DNA from: an uncultured Spirochaetota bacterium
Lineage (GTDB): Bacteria > Spirochaetota > Spirochaetia > SZUA-6 > Fen-1364
Reading direction: 5' to 3'
DNA length: 64,000 bases
Assembly (NCBI GenBank): GCA_963781885.1
Contig: CAWAHW010000004.1
Coordinates: 608,001 to 672,000, forward strand
Made by a program: the position numbers and the translations under genes. Below are positions 8,982 through 22,202 of the stretch, piece after piece (positions within the stretch are counted from its first letter, which is position 1; every line of letters starts with the position of its first letter). The notes below the pieces were generated by a model that saw only the letters and a program-made list of their open reading frames with translations, made no database searches and was not told where the DNA came from.

Positions 8982-9052
8982 GATCCACCTCCTTCGCATT
9001 CTTGATTTCGGTATAGCGGTTCAGTCGCGCTGCATGATGAAACCGATGTAAA
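8942..9052 (-). repeat. Copy B of the ~110-bp duplication; promoter and start of the receiver gene
   Basis: Aligns with 8365-8477. Confidence 0.75.
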
Positions 9053-9545
9053 GCACGACGGACTGCGCTGCATGTGTTGAAAAGCCGCTGCCCCCGGGGC
9101 TATCTCAGCTTGGAAAAGTCCAGGCTGATGGCCGACGCCGATGTGTCGAAACGTACGATGAATATGTAAACGGATAACGTGACGGGGCGGGGTTGCGGGG
9201 GACCCAGGACGCCTCGTCACGTTTCTCCGCTTCTTCTTGTCCAAACGGTTTCCTGGCACGCTCGGCGCCGCTCCTCCGACCATTTTGGTAGCCGACGGCA
9301 TTCGAATGGGCTGGCTCGATGTCGGCTCCTGAGCTCTTCATCTTTTCGCGTCTCGACCCCACTGTAGCGCTTCAATCGTTGTGAATGGTGAAGACGGTGT
9401 AAAATTCATGCAAAATGGGCGTAAAGCGGGTGTACGGCACGAAAGCCCGGTAGCTCATGCTCACTGTAATCGAGCCAGGCATGGGGCAATCCAAACAACG
9501 AGTTCCTGGTCGTTCCCATGCGCCGTTTCTAGGAAGAATCGACAA

Positions 9546-9576
9546 CGATGGGGGGCCGAAAGGCCCCTCGGTTTTT
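9546..9576 (+). terminator. Intrinsic terminator-like hairpin upstream of the protease cassette
   Basis: GGGGCC-GAAA-GGCCCC followed by TCGGTTTTT. Confidence 0.5.
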
Positions 9577-9819
9577 GGTGCGTTCCCTTCGGAGCGCGGC
9601 CTGCCGAGCCGTCAGGCGGCGCTCAGGCCGTAGTCTGAATATAGGTCTTGCATTTTTCTTTCTTCGTGTTATGCTCCAACCCATAAATGAATGTGAGTCT
9701 CGGAACGTATTCCTCCGCAATGGCAGTGCTTCCCGATGATCCGGACAATCCGAAAAGAATGCATACAAATGCATGGACCCATATGCAAAAAACCATGAAA
9801 AAAGGGAAGGAGACAAAAC

Positions 9820-10719
9820 ATGCCAGGGGAAAACGTGAACGAAAACGTCAAGATCGTCGTGTTGGGAACAACCGCCAGGGCCGCCTACAGCGCCGATGAG
9901 AGCCAACAGATCGAAAAAGCGGTCATGGACAGCCTGTTGCTCACCAGCATGGAGCCCTATCACGAGGTCCACGCCGTCGTGAAGCACCATCCCGATGGCC
10001 GACCGCGCTCCATCATCGCCTACCTGCTCCGCGCCCACACCTATACCGTCGATATCGCGATGCTGGATGTCGACGCGGCGTACGGCGTCACGGCCGTTCA
10101 CCCGTCATACACGGAAGTAGAGGAAACCGAGTTCGCGGCCGCCAGGGTTGAAGCACAGCCCATCGCTGCGGGAGCCGTGGACATGGTGTTCGGAACTCCA
10201 GTCCCGAGCATTCCCACGGCAAAGGCCGGAGTAGATTACGCCTACAAGATGGCGATGAGCGCTGGATACAAATGCGTCGAGCTCCTCGGCCCGGACGCCA
10301 ACCTGGCGAACTACAAGAAATACCTGAGCGGCCACTTGAAGGGCTTCGGCAACATCGGCCACGGCTACACCGGGGGCATCGTCCTCGCGGACGGCAACCT
10401 GACGGCGAGTTGGTACTCCGGCCTGCCTGCCAAAGCGCTCTGTCCCGAAGTCGTCTACTTCAACTCCTGCCAGACATTCAACCCGCCCCTGCAGCCCGCC
10501 ATCATGAAGTCCGGCGCGAGGACCTTCGTGGGCGGCAAGGTCAACCTGCTGATCGGTTCCTCCGAGGAAGTTTTCAAGTGCTTCTGGACGAAGATTCTGA
10601 AGGACCTTGCAATGATGGGAATCAGCCTGAAGGAATGCGAGAAGGAGAAGTATCCCGTTGCCAATGCCCATGGCATCAGCGGCGATCTTGGCAAGTTCCT
10701 GCCCATTCCGGCATGCTAG
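9820..10719 (+). CDS. Putative clan CD (caspase/gingipain/CHAT-like) cysteine peptidase with ~95-aa N-terminal pro-like domain
   Basis: NIGH(181)G and VVYFNSC(217)QT match the His-Gly...hydrophobic strand-x-Ser/Ala-Cys dyad; GARTFVG follows; AAGGAG RBS; no signal peptide. Confidence 0.7.
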   Translation: MPGENVNENVKIVVLGTTARAAYSADESQQIEKAVMDSLLLTSMEPYHEVHAVVKHHPDGRPRSIIAYLLRAHTYTVDIAMLDVDAAYGVTAVHPSYTEVEETEFAAARVEAQPIAAGAVDMVFGTPVPSIPTAKAGVDYAYKMAMSAGYKCVELLGPDANLANYKKYLSGHLKGFGNIGHGYTGGIVLADGNLTASWYSGLPAKALCPEVVYFNSCQTFNPPLQPAIMKSGARTFVGGKVNLLIGSSEEVFKCFWTKILKDLAMMGISLKECEKEKYPVANAHGISGDLGKFLPIPAC

Positions 10720-10815
10720 CCGCGGGCGGCGATCCCTCCGCTCTCCCGGCAACGTGAGCCGCCGAGCCCTGCATGAGAGACTTTGCCGGCGGCTTTCTCT
10801 CACGGAGGAAATCAG

Positions 10816-11118
10816 ATGACGGGAAAAAATCCGAACGATGAAGTCGAAATCGTGCTTCTACCGGATGAGACCGGCAAAGCCTATTCCGGAGCAGACAAAG
10901 AAAAGATCGAGCGAATGATAAGGGAAAGACTCCTGCCGGAGAGCGGGGAACCCTATTACCGGGTACAGGTCGAAGTGAAACACCGGCCGGATGGAACGCC
11001 GGTGGCGCTCCTTGTCTCCATGTTGCGCGCCTCTACATACACCGCGGATATCGTCAAGGTGAACGTCAAAAAGGATTTTCAAGTGACGTCCATCGAACGT
11101 TCGCCGAAGGAAGAATGA
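10816..11118 (+). CDS. Stand-alone paralogue of the N-terminal domain of the upstream peptidase, putative inhibitor or chaperone
   Basis: Gap-free alignment to residues 1-94 of the 9820 ORF, about 38/94 identities by hand count; GGAGG RBS before ATG 10816. Confidence 0.8.
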   Translation: MTGKNPNDEVEIVLLPDETGKAYSGADKEKIERMIRERLLPESGEPYYRVQVEVKHRPDGTPVALLVSMLRASTYTADIVKVNVKKDFQVTSIERSPKEE

Positions 11119-11142
11119 AGGTCATTCACAAAGTGAGGTACC

Positions 11143-12507
11143 ATGCCAAACTATCATGTCAGAATTACCGCACCGAACCGTGAGGCATTGGCGGATCTGG
11201 TGCGCCGGCACAAGGTGACCGTTGCCCGGCATACCGCTGAGGAGACTCCTGATGGATATCGCGTGTACGCGCACGCCGGAAGCGGCGTCATCGAGATCCT
11301 CAAAGCCGCCGGCTACCGGGTGGAAGAGATCGAAAACGCCGATGAGGCCGGCCAGGCGCGGCAGACAGAATACGGCGGAGCCGCAGCGAAGGCGACGATA
11401 ACGGATGAAGAGCTGACGGCCACGGTTTTTCCGCGCTATTTGAGCGTCAGCGACGTGGAACGGGCGCTCGCACTCGCGGCTTCCCCAACCAATGCCGCCT
11501 TCATCTCCCTCATCCCGCTGCCCAACAAGACCTGGGAAAATCGACAATGCCATGCTGTCCGGGTGGGGAAAGGCGCCGCCCTCGATCGCCCGGGCATTTA
11601 TCTTCTCGGAGGCGTCCACGCGCGCGAATGGGGCAGTCCGGACATACTCGTAAGCCTTTTGGTGCAGCTTATCGGGTCTTATCGCAACAATTCCGCCATC
11701 ACCATCGGCGGGAATACATTCACCGCCGATCAGATCAGGACGCTCATCGAAAAGAAAAGTCTCTACCTCTTTCCCCAGGCCAACCCTGACGGGCGGAATT
11801 TCAGCATGACCCAGGATGCCATGTGGCGCAAGAACCGGCGGCCGGCGCCTCCCCACTCGACGTGCGGGGGAGTCGACATCAATAGAAACTATGATTTCCT
11901 CTGGAACTATCCCACATACTTCGCTCCCTCGGCGCCGGTGTGCAATTCCACCAATCCCTGCGACGAGATATACATTGGGCCGGGCGCCGTCTCCGAACCG
12001 GAGACGAAAAACGCGGTCTGGATGATGGAAAACCATCCGGATATCCGCTATATGGTCGATCTCCACAGCTATTCTGAATCGATCCTCTATGAATGGGGAG
12101 ATGACGACGATCAAGGCGCCACGCCTTCCATGAATTTCCAGAACCCTGCGTATAACGGCAAACGCGGGATAACCGGCGACACCGTTTACAAGGAATACAT
12201 CACCGTCAAAGATTCTCAAACCGCTCTCCAACTTGCGAAAACCATGCAGGATGCAATCAGATTGGCGCGCGGTCGCTCCTACGCCGTCAAGCAGTCGGTC
12301 GGTCTCTACCCGACCGCGGGTACGTCCTGCGATTACGCTTTCAGCCGCCATATCACCAATCCGGGCATGGCGAAGATTTCCTCGTTCACAATTGAATGGG
12401 GGAGCCCGAGCAACCCGACGCCTTTCCATCCCCCGTACCCCGAGATGCAAAAAATCATCCAGGAGATTACGGCCGCCCTCCTGTCCTTCTGTCTCGCCGC
12501 GACATAG
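11143..12507 (+). CDS. M14 zinc carboxypeptidase (carboxypeptidase T-like) with N-terminal prodomain
   Basis: GGVHAREW (HxxE), WRKNRR, GVDINRNY, SEPET, DLHSYSE, FTIEW. Confidence 0.93.
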   Translation: MPNYHVRITAPNREALADLVRRHKVTVARHTAEETPDGYRVYAHAGSGVIEILKAAGYRVEEIENADEAGQARQTEYGGAAAKATITDEELTATVFPRYLSVSDVERALALAASPTNAAFISLIPLPNKTWENRQCHAVRVGKGAALDRPGIYLLGGVHAREWGSPDILVSLLVQLIGSYRNNSAITIGGNTFTADQIRTLIEKKSLYLFPQANPDGRNFSMTQDAMWRKNRRPAPPHSTCGGVDINRNYDFLWNYPTYFAPSAPVCNSTNPCDEIYIGPGAVSEPETKNAVWMMENHPDIRYMVDLHSYSESILYEWGDDDDQGATPSMNFQNPAYNGKRGITGDTVYKEYITVKDSQTALQLAKTMQDAIRLARGRSYAVKQSVGLYPTAGTSCDYAFSRHITNPGMAKISSFTIEWGSPSNPTPFHPPYPEMQKIIQEITAALLSFCLAAT

Positions 12508-12701
12508 CATCCCGTCGATCCGACACAGGCGCGATCGCGGGGGACCGGGCCGATATTCGGCGCGTCTTTGCGATTCTCCGTGCGAGGGATGAGAAACCAT
12601 GGACAAGTCGAGGCCGCTGCCGTCCTCGCCCTTCAGGCTCGGACCGCTTTCGGAATACGCGCTCCCTCATCGGTCGCGCGTCGGCCTCCGCCCGCTCACG
12701 C

Positions 12702-13922
12702 TCAAGATCCGGTAGCCGCTTGCGGGTTTGAGCCTATGTCGGTCGTTCTTTTAGGAGGCAAAAATGCCCTGATGATCTCAACCCGAGCTCGCACTCCATT
12801 CGCGCCAGCCTCAATCAAGCCCAATTCCTTGAGAGCGTTCAGATCGCGCGTCAGGGTCTTGGGCGTCTTTTGCGCGTAGGCTCGCGCGATAGCGGGTGTC
12901 AATAATTGCAGCTTTGCCACAGCCACACTCTCCTGATCAGAAAGCGCGATGACCAGATCAAGTCGTCTTGTTCGCACCTGGGCCGATTCCCGAACACCTC
13001 CCGTGCTTAGCACCTCTCGAACGTAGTCCCGCCAGATCACCTGATGTTGCAGGCGCCTTATTTCGTCAAGTTGCATGCGAAGCCCGTCCACAAGGCCAGC
13101 GAGGGCGTAGGAAAAAAAGGGAACAATATCGCCTCCAGAACGGCTGGCCTTGTCGAGCTCAAGATAGTACGTCTGTCGAGTCTTGTTGTAGTGATTGCTC
13201 AGAATGTGCGCGGCAGGCGCCGGCACGCCCCCCTCGAGTAGCAACATGAACTCGACGAGTCGTGCGGTGCGGCCATTTCCGTCGCCGAAAGGATGTATCC
13301 AGGCAAGATAAATATGGGCCCATACAGCGAGGAGGACCGCACGCGAGATCGCATCGAGCTCGACCGCGCGCGTCGGCAGAGAAGTGATGAACGTGCACAT
13401 CCTCTCGAGAAGGTAATCGCAGTCTTCCGCTGGCGCGCCTCGATACGATCCAACGGTAACCGCCTTCTTTCGCACCATCCCTGGTTGTACATCGTCGGGT
13501 AGCGGAAGGGATGATAGCACCTGCCTGTTGAGATCTTTCACCGTATCCGCTGTAAGGGAATTGGGTTGGCCCGTTGCGATGCGCCGCAGGATGCTATTGC
13601 AGGCGGAAACAACATTGTCGATCTCGCGCCCCTGATATGCCATTGATGGAGGAAGCTCCAGCGTTCCATTTATCTGTCGCCTTACTTCATCCTCCGAGAG
13701 CGTATTTCCTTCGATTGCAGTGGTCGCCTGAACGCCACGCGTCAGATAGAGCTGATAGAGTTTGTCTGCGGTTTCCTTGTCCAGCGGCGCTCCTGCGATG
13801 TACTCGCATTTGGAGCGGATCTCCCCTAATGCCATCCATAGTGTGTGCGGAGCCCTTTGGAGGTCTAAAGTGAAGCGGAGCCAAGGATGCGTCCTGTTGA
13901 ATGTCCTCTCAGCGTCTGGCAA
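12702..13922 (-). CDS. Fic family protein (class II, with inhibitory helix) and C-terminal winged HTH
   Basis: HPFGDGNGRTAR Fic motif; TTAIEGN inhibitory motif; KTLTRDLNALKELGLI. Confidence 0.93.
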   Translation of the reverse strand: MPDAERTFNRTHPWLRFTLDLQRAPHTLWMALGEIRSKCEYIAGAPLDKETADKLYQLYLTRGVQATTAIEGNTLSEDEVRRQINGTLELPPSMAYQGREIDNVVSACNSILRRIATGQPNSLTADTVKDLNRQVLSSLPLPDDVQPGMVRKKAVTVGSYRGAPAEDCDYLLERMCTFITSLPTRAVELDAISRAVLLAVWAHIYLAWIHPFGDGNGRTARLVEFMLLLEGGVPAPAAHILSNHYNKTRQTYYLELDKASRSGGDIVPFFSYALAGLVDGLRMQLDEIRRLQHQVIWRDYVREVLSTGGVRESAQVRTRRLDLVIALSDQESVAVAKLQLLTPAIARAYAQKTPKTLTRDLNALKELGLIEAGANGVRARVEIIRAFLPPKRTTDIGSNPQAATGS

Positions 13923-14169
13923 CTGTCCCGTAACTCCTTATAATAAAATCTAATAGAATCTAGTATAGATTATGTGCCATTAAATGTCCACCAAAATGTC
14001 CGCAATCGCATCCGGGTAAATGTCGTCTCCACAGCTATGGACATGTCGCCTTAGCTTTTCGCTTCGATTCCGTGGCATGAATCAGCCGCCGCTTAGCTAA
14101 GTCGCCTTGCGGCAAAGGAATAAACTAGATATCGTAACTAGACAATAATGCAGCCAAGTTAGGGACGGG

Positions 14170-15912
14170 ATGGCAAAAAAAGCTACAAGGAATGAAGACT
14201 CGGCAACCGTAGGGTTGGAAGCGAAGCTCTGGGCTTCCGCCGATGCTCTGCGGAACAACATGGATGCGGCCGAGTACAAGCACGTGCTGCTCGGCCTGAT
14301 CTTCCTCAAGTACATCAGCGATGCCTTCGAAGCGCAGCATGACAGGCTCGTGGCCGCCAAAGCCGACGGCGCGGACCCCGAGGACCCCGATGAGTATCGA
14401 GCCGTCAACATCTTCTGGGTGCCGAAGGAAGCCCGCTGGTCCATCCTCAAGGCGAAGGCTCCGCAGCCAACAATCGGAAAGCTTGTCGACGATGCGATGA
14501 CCGCCATCGAGCGAGACAACCCAACGCTGAAAGGGGTCCTCCCCAAAGAGTACGCTCGTCCCGGTCTGGACAAGGTCCGGCTGGGACAGATTATCAACAT
14601 GGTGAGCGACATCGGGCTGGGCAGCCCCGCGGACCGTTCCAAGGACATACTCGGCCGCGTCTACGAGTACTTCCTGTCGCAGTTCGCCACCGCCGAAGGG
14701 AAGAAGGGCGGACAATTCTATACGCCATCGCGTGTCGTTCGTGTTCTGGTTGAGATGCTCGCCCCCTACAAGGGCCGTGTCTATGACCCCTGCTGCGGTT
14801 CTGGTGGAATGTTCGTCAGCAGCGAGAAGTTCATCGAGGCGCACGCCGGTCGCATCGGCGACATCGCCATCTATGGGCAGGAGTCGAACTATACGACCTG
14901 GCGCCTGGCCAAGATGAACCTCGCCATTCGCGGCATCGACGCCCAGATTGCCCATGGGGACAGCTTCCACAACGACCAGCACCCTGACCTGAAGGCCGAT
15001 TTCGTTCTGGCCAACCCGCCGTTCAACGATAGCGACTGGCGCGGCGACCAGCTCAAGGATGACAAGCGATGGAAGTACGGTATTCCGCCCGCGGGGAACG
15101 CCAACTTCGCGTGGGTGCAGCATTTCATCCATCACCTCTCGCCGACAGGGATCGCGGGCTTCGTGCTGGCCAACGGCTCGATGTCCTCAAACCAGTCGGG
15201 CGAAGGGGAGATTCGCAAGAACATGATCGAGGCAGACCTTGTCGATTGCATGGTTGCCCTTCCCGGTCAGCTCTTCTATTCGACGCAGATCCCCGTGTGC
15301 CTCTGGTTCCTGGCGCGCGACAAGAAGAACGGCCGATTCCGCGATCGACGGGGTGAAATCCTCTTCATCGATGCGCGCAAGATGGGGACGATGATCGACC
15401 GCGTTCACCGCGAGCTCACCGACGAGGACACCGCAAAGATCGCCGGCACATACCATGCGTGGCGCGGCGACAAGGGGATCAAGGAGAAGTACAAGGACGT
15501 CCCCGGATTCTGCGCCGCCGTGAAGCTCGATGACGTCAAGAAACACGACTACATCCTCACCCCGGGCCGGTATGTCGGTGCCGAGGCCGCGGAGGAGGAT
15601 GACGAGCCGTTCGACGAGAAGATGAAGAGGCTCACCGCGACCCTGAAGGAGCAACAAGCAGAGGGCAAAAAGCTAGACGCCGCCATCGCCCGCAACCTGA
15701 AGGAGCTGGGGTATGCGGAGTGGATTGGCCGGTCGCAACAATTGCTGAAGTGGCCGAAAAAGTCGCGATGGGCCCATTTGGCTCATCGATCAAAGTGGAG
15801 ACTTTTTCTCCGGATGGAGTTCCCATTATTAGCGGTCAGCATTTGCGTGGGTTCAGGCTCGATGAAACGGCCGAGTTCAATTTCGTTACGCCAGAACACG
15901 CGGCCAAACTAA
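14170..15912 (+). CDS. hsdM: Type I R-M methyltransferase subunit M; true stop probably at ~15723
   Basis: [43 protein letters not shown]. The last ~63 aa overlap hsdS and come from a probable 1-nt insertion. Confidence 0.97.
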   Translation: MAKKATRNEDSATVGLEAKLWASADALRNNMDAAEYKHVLLGLIFLKYISDAFEAQHDRLVAAKADGADPEDPDEYRAVNIFWVPKEARWSILKAKAPQPTIGKLVDDAMTAIERDNPTLKGVLPKEYARPGLDKVRLGQIINMVSDIGLGSPADRSKDILGRVYEYFLSQFATAEGKKGGQFYTPSRVVRVLVEMLAPYKGRVYDPCCGSGGMFVSSEKFIEAHAGRIGDIAIYGQESNYTTWRLAKMNLAIRGIDAQIAHGDSFHNDQHPDLKADFVLANPPFNDSDWRGDQLKDDKRWKYGIPPAGNANFAWVQHFIHHLSPTGIAGFVLANGSMSSNQSGEGEIRKNMIEADLVDCMVALPGQLFYSTQIPVCLWFLARDKKNGRFRDRRGEILFIDARKMGTMIDRVHRELTDEDTAKIAGTYHAWRGDKGIKEKYKDVPGFCAAVKLDDVKKHDYILTPGRYVGAEAAEEDDEPFDEKMKRLTATLKEQQAEGKKLDAAIARNLKELGYAEWIGRSQQLLKWPKKSRWAHLAHRSKWRLFLRMEFPLLAVSICVGSGSMKRPSSISLRQNTRPN

Positions 15913-16976
15913 AAAGCGCCAATGTGGAGCGAGGGGACGTAATCTTTACGCACGCTGGAAATATCGGACAGGTAGCGTATATCCCGACAAACTCAAGGTT
16001 CAAGAAATACGTCATCTCACAACGGCAATTCTATCTACGCTGCAAAGCGGAGCGTATCATTCCTGAGTTCGTTACGTACTTTTTCCGGTCGCGGCATGGC
16101 AGGCAACTACTACTTGCAAACACTTCATCTGTAGGCGTCCCATCAATAGCTCAACCTGTTACCTATTTGCGAACGATTGAAATTCCCGTCCCTCCGCTCG
16201 CAGAACAAAGCGCTATTGCCAAAATCCTAGGAACGCTCGACGACAAGATAGATTTAAGCCATCGAATGAACGAGAAGCTCGATGTTATAGCAAGGGCACT
16301 ATTCAAGTCCTGGTTCGTTGAATTCGATCCTGTGAGGGCAAAAGTTAAAGGACTGCGACTGCGGCTTCCATCCGACGCGGCGGCCTGTTTTCCGGATAGG
16401 TTTCAGAGCTCTTCTTTAGGACATATCCCGCAAGGATGGGAAATTGGCTCTGTTGGTGACCTATTCCAGTTGCAGCGTGGTTTTGACTTGCCAGAAAGAG
16501 AACGGCGCCCGGGGCCTTATCCTGTCGTTACCGCAAGTGGTCCCACCGGAACACATGACTCCTTCATGGCACATGGCCCGGGCGTTACCACGGGACGAAG
16601 CGGCCTGATTGGTGGTGTTTTTTTTATCCATGGGGATTATTGGCCTCACAATACGTCTCTGTGGGTGAAAGAATTCCTTCACTCAACACCGGCCTACGCC
16701 TACTACTTTCTTCGTGCACTTGACTTTTCGGTGGTCAGCACAGGGTCAGCCGTGCCAACACTAAATCGAAATCATATTCATAGCTTGCCAGCAATACTTC
16801 CACCGAGCAGATTGATCGCCCTATTCGAAGCACGCGCAAGTACTTGCCTTCTGAAACAGGAACAGAATCTCCAGGAATCCCGCACCCTTGCCTCTCTCCG
16901 TGACACACTTCTCCCCAAGCTCATCTCAGGCGAGATCCGCATCAAGGACGCGGAGCGGTTCGCGGATGGAGGATAG
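15720..16976 (+). CDS. hsdS: Type I R-M specificity subunit S
   Basis: Two TRDs separated by [13 protein letters not shown]...LFKSWFVEF; ends [15 protein letters not shown]; lower GC than its neighbours. Likely true start is ATG 15713. Confidence 0.95.
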   Translation: MDWPVATIAEVAEKVAMGPFGSSIKVETFSPDGVPIISGQHLRGFRLDETAEFNFVTPEHAAKLKSANVERGDVIFTHAGNIGQVAYIPTNSRFKKYVISQRQFYLRCKAERIIPEFVTYFFRSRHGRQLLLANTSSVGVPSIAQPVTYLRTIEIPVPPLAEQSAIAKILGTLDDKIDLSHRMNEKLDVIARALFKSWFVEFDPVRAKVKGLRLRLPSDAAACFPDRFQSSSLGHIPQGWEIGSVGDLFQLQRGFDLPERERRPGPYPVVTASGPTGTHDSFMAHGPGVTTGRSGLIGGVFFIHGDYWPHNTSLWVKEFLHSTPAYAYYFLRALDFSVVSTGSAVPTLNRNHIHSLPAILPPSRLIALFEARASTCLLKQEQNLQESRTLASLRDTLLPKLISGEIRIKDAERFADGG

Positions 16977-16979
16977 CAG

Positions 16980-20093
<3,114 letters not shown>

Positions 20094-20163
20094 ATCCAAC
20101 GCCAAGCATCAAGCCGTTTTTGTTGTCTCTGTTAGTCTGTGATATACACAGGGGAGCAGTGCC

Positions 20164-21588
20164 ATGGCGTCAGTTTTCCTTCGATTGCCCGAGAACTTCT
20201 TCGTCCCTCTGGCGTCCCCCAACCGTCATCACTATGCCGCGTTGTTGCTTGAGTACTATCGACTGTTCGTCGAATACAGATCGAGCGTGGAGAGAGAGCT
20301 CGTGGTTGCCCGGTTTACAGAGTACTTCACGGCACTGGATGCCTCCGAACAGATCGCGGAAGAAGAGGAGCCGGAGTCCGACGCACGACAAGCGCTGGAG
20401 GCGAGGGCGGCACAGGGGCCGTCCCGCGCGGAACCCCGGGTGCTCGCGAATTTGTTTCTCCGCAAGCTTGTGATCCACGGGTGGATCGCGGAAGAGCAGG
20501 AACGTGACTTCACGCGTGTCTTGAATCTCTGCGTCCACGCACGCCCCTTTTTTGAAGCACTCGGTGCAACGGAGCGGGGCACTTCGGTGGAATACGAGAG
20601 CCATATCCTCGCCGTCTACTCCTCCCTCTGTGGAGACGCGGCAAAAGACAACGGTGAGCACGCAGTTCTCAACGCACACTGGCACACGCGACTTCTGGTG
20701 GAATCCCTGAAGGTTCTGGAGCAGAACATCAAGACCTATGTCCAGGAGATGTTCGCGCTGAACGGGACTATCCCCGAAATCCTCCACGCTCACTATGACC
20801 TGTACATGCATGAAGTCGTGGACCGTGCCTATACGCGTCTGAAGACGTCCGACAACCTTTCGCGGTACCGGCCCAAGGTGTCCCGGGCAATCAACGGGTT
20901 CCTTCGCAACGAGCAATGGATGGCACGAACCGCGCAGAAGCTGTCGGCAATACAACGCACCACGGTGGCTTCCGGCCGCGAGAGATTGCGGGAGATGCTC
21001 GTGGAGATCCGCGACGAGCTCCTGGGGATCGATCCGATATTGGAGAGTATCGATGACAGGAATCGGCGCTATTCTCGTGCCTCCACCGAGCGTATTCGCA
21101 CAAAGCTGCACGCCGACTCATCACTCCAGGGCAGGATCGTGCGGATCGCAAAGGCCATGGCTCACGGGGATCCCAGAGCGAACCCGGGAGACCTCGCGCA
21201 TCGGCTCTTCCGTCTGCGGCACCTGGCGCGCGAGTCTCTCTACACGCGGAAGAACCGGGGAGTCATGGCAGACGGACTCGCGCGGCTTTCGCCGGACGAA
21301 TCCGACGCTGAGATTGCCGCGGCCGAGCTGCGCCTGCGCATCGCCAATCAGCTCAACCCCGTGAAGATCGCCGACTTCCTCTCGGGCTACTGTCCGAATG
21401 CCGGCGCGACAAGAAGGGCGGAGGACATTGTCGACGGCGTGGACAGCCTTGTCCGTCTGATCTACGCGGCCAACTATGCCGAGGCAAGGCAAGAGACATT
21501 TCCTTTCACGGTGGAGTGGGGAGACGAAATCGTCACCGCGGGCAATTTCCGTTTTCGATCTCACCGATTTACGAGGAGGCGTGCATGA
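20164..21588 (+). CDS. jetA: Wadjet anti-plasmid system protein JetA (DUF5716-like)
   Basis: N-terminal FLRLPENFFVPLASPNR; first gene of an overlapping four-gene SMC/Toprim operon. Confidence 0.8.
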   Translation: MASVFLRLPENFFVPLASPNRHHYAALLLEYYRLFVEYRSSVERELVVARFTEYFTALDASEQIAEEEEPESDARQALEARAAQGPSRAEPRVLANLFLRKLVIHGWIAEEQERDFTRVLNLCVHARPFFEALGATERGTSVEYESHILAVYSSLCGDAAKDNGEHAVLNAHWHTRLLVESLKVLEQNIKTYVQEMFALNGTIPEILHAHYDLYMHEVVDRAYTRLKTSDNLSRYRPKVSRAINGFLRNEQWMARTAQKLSAIQRTTVASGRERLREMLVEIRDELLGIDPILESIDDRNRRYSRASTERIRTKLHADSSLQGRIVRIAKAMAHGDPRANPGDLAHRLFRLRHLARESLYTRKNRGVMADGLARLSPDESDAEIAAAELRLRIANQLNPVKIADFLSGYCPNAGATRRAEDIVDGVDSLVRLIYAANYAEARQETFPFTVEWGDEIVTAGNFRFRSHRFTRRRA

Positions 21589-22202
21589 TGGTCGAGATTG
21601 ACGCGCTCACGGATCCCGAGCGTGATCGACTGAGGATCGCTTTGAACACGCTCTTCACGGAGAGCTTCCTCATCCGCGGCTTTGAACCGCATGTCGCCTC
21701 CTACCGCTTTGTGACGGCCAATTTCGAACTCGTGGAGGGGTACTTGTCCGTTGCCGGATGGGGATTGAAGCGGGACGAGTTGCTCGGCGTTGTGGCTTTT
21801 CAGGGGCCGCCTTCCGCGCGGCTCAGCTTGACCAAGGATGAAAGCCTTCTCCTGCTCATCCTGCGTCTGCTCTATGAAGAAAAGGCCGGAGAAATCACGC
21901 TCCATGGGGAGCGGACAGTGAGGCAGCAGGACATCGTGGAGAAATACCGCGCGGTGGCCGAAGCTACCTGGAAGAAGACGCGCTATCTTTCCATGCTGCG
22001 TCGTTTCCAGGTCTTGAGACTGATTCGCATCCTGGGGGACGAAGCTGACCCTGAGGTGACGGTCGTCCTCCACCCGAGCATCCCTTTTGCCCTGGACGGG
22101 ATGGCGGTGAATGAGATCGACGCGCGGATCCAAGAAGCGACAACGGCAGCGCCGGATGAAAGCGTGGAGAGGGACCAGGAATCGGAGCAGGCGGAGGAAT
22201 GA
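21585..22202 (+). CDS. jetB: Wadjet protein JetB (DUF4194-like)
   Basis: LTKDESLLLLILRLLYEEK; ~205 aa; ATGA overlaps with jetA and jetC. Confidence 0.85.
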   Translation: MMVEIDALTDPERDRLRIALNTLFTESFLIRGFEPHVASYRFVTANFELVEGYLSVAGWGLKRDELLGVVAFQGPPSARLSLTKDESLLLLILRLLYEEKAGEITLHGERTVRQQDIVEKYRAVAEATWKKTRYLSMLRRFQVLRLIRILGDEADPEVTVVLHPSIPFALDGMAVNEIDARIQEATTAAPDESVERDQESEQAEE

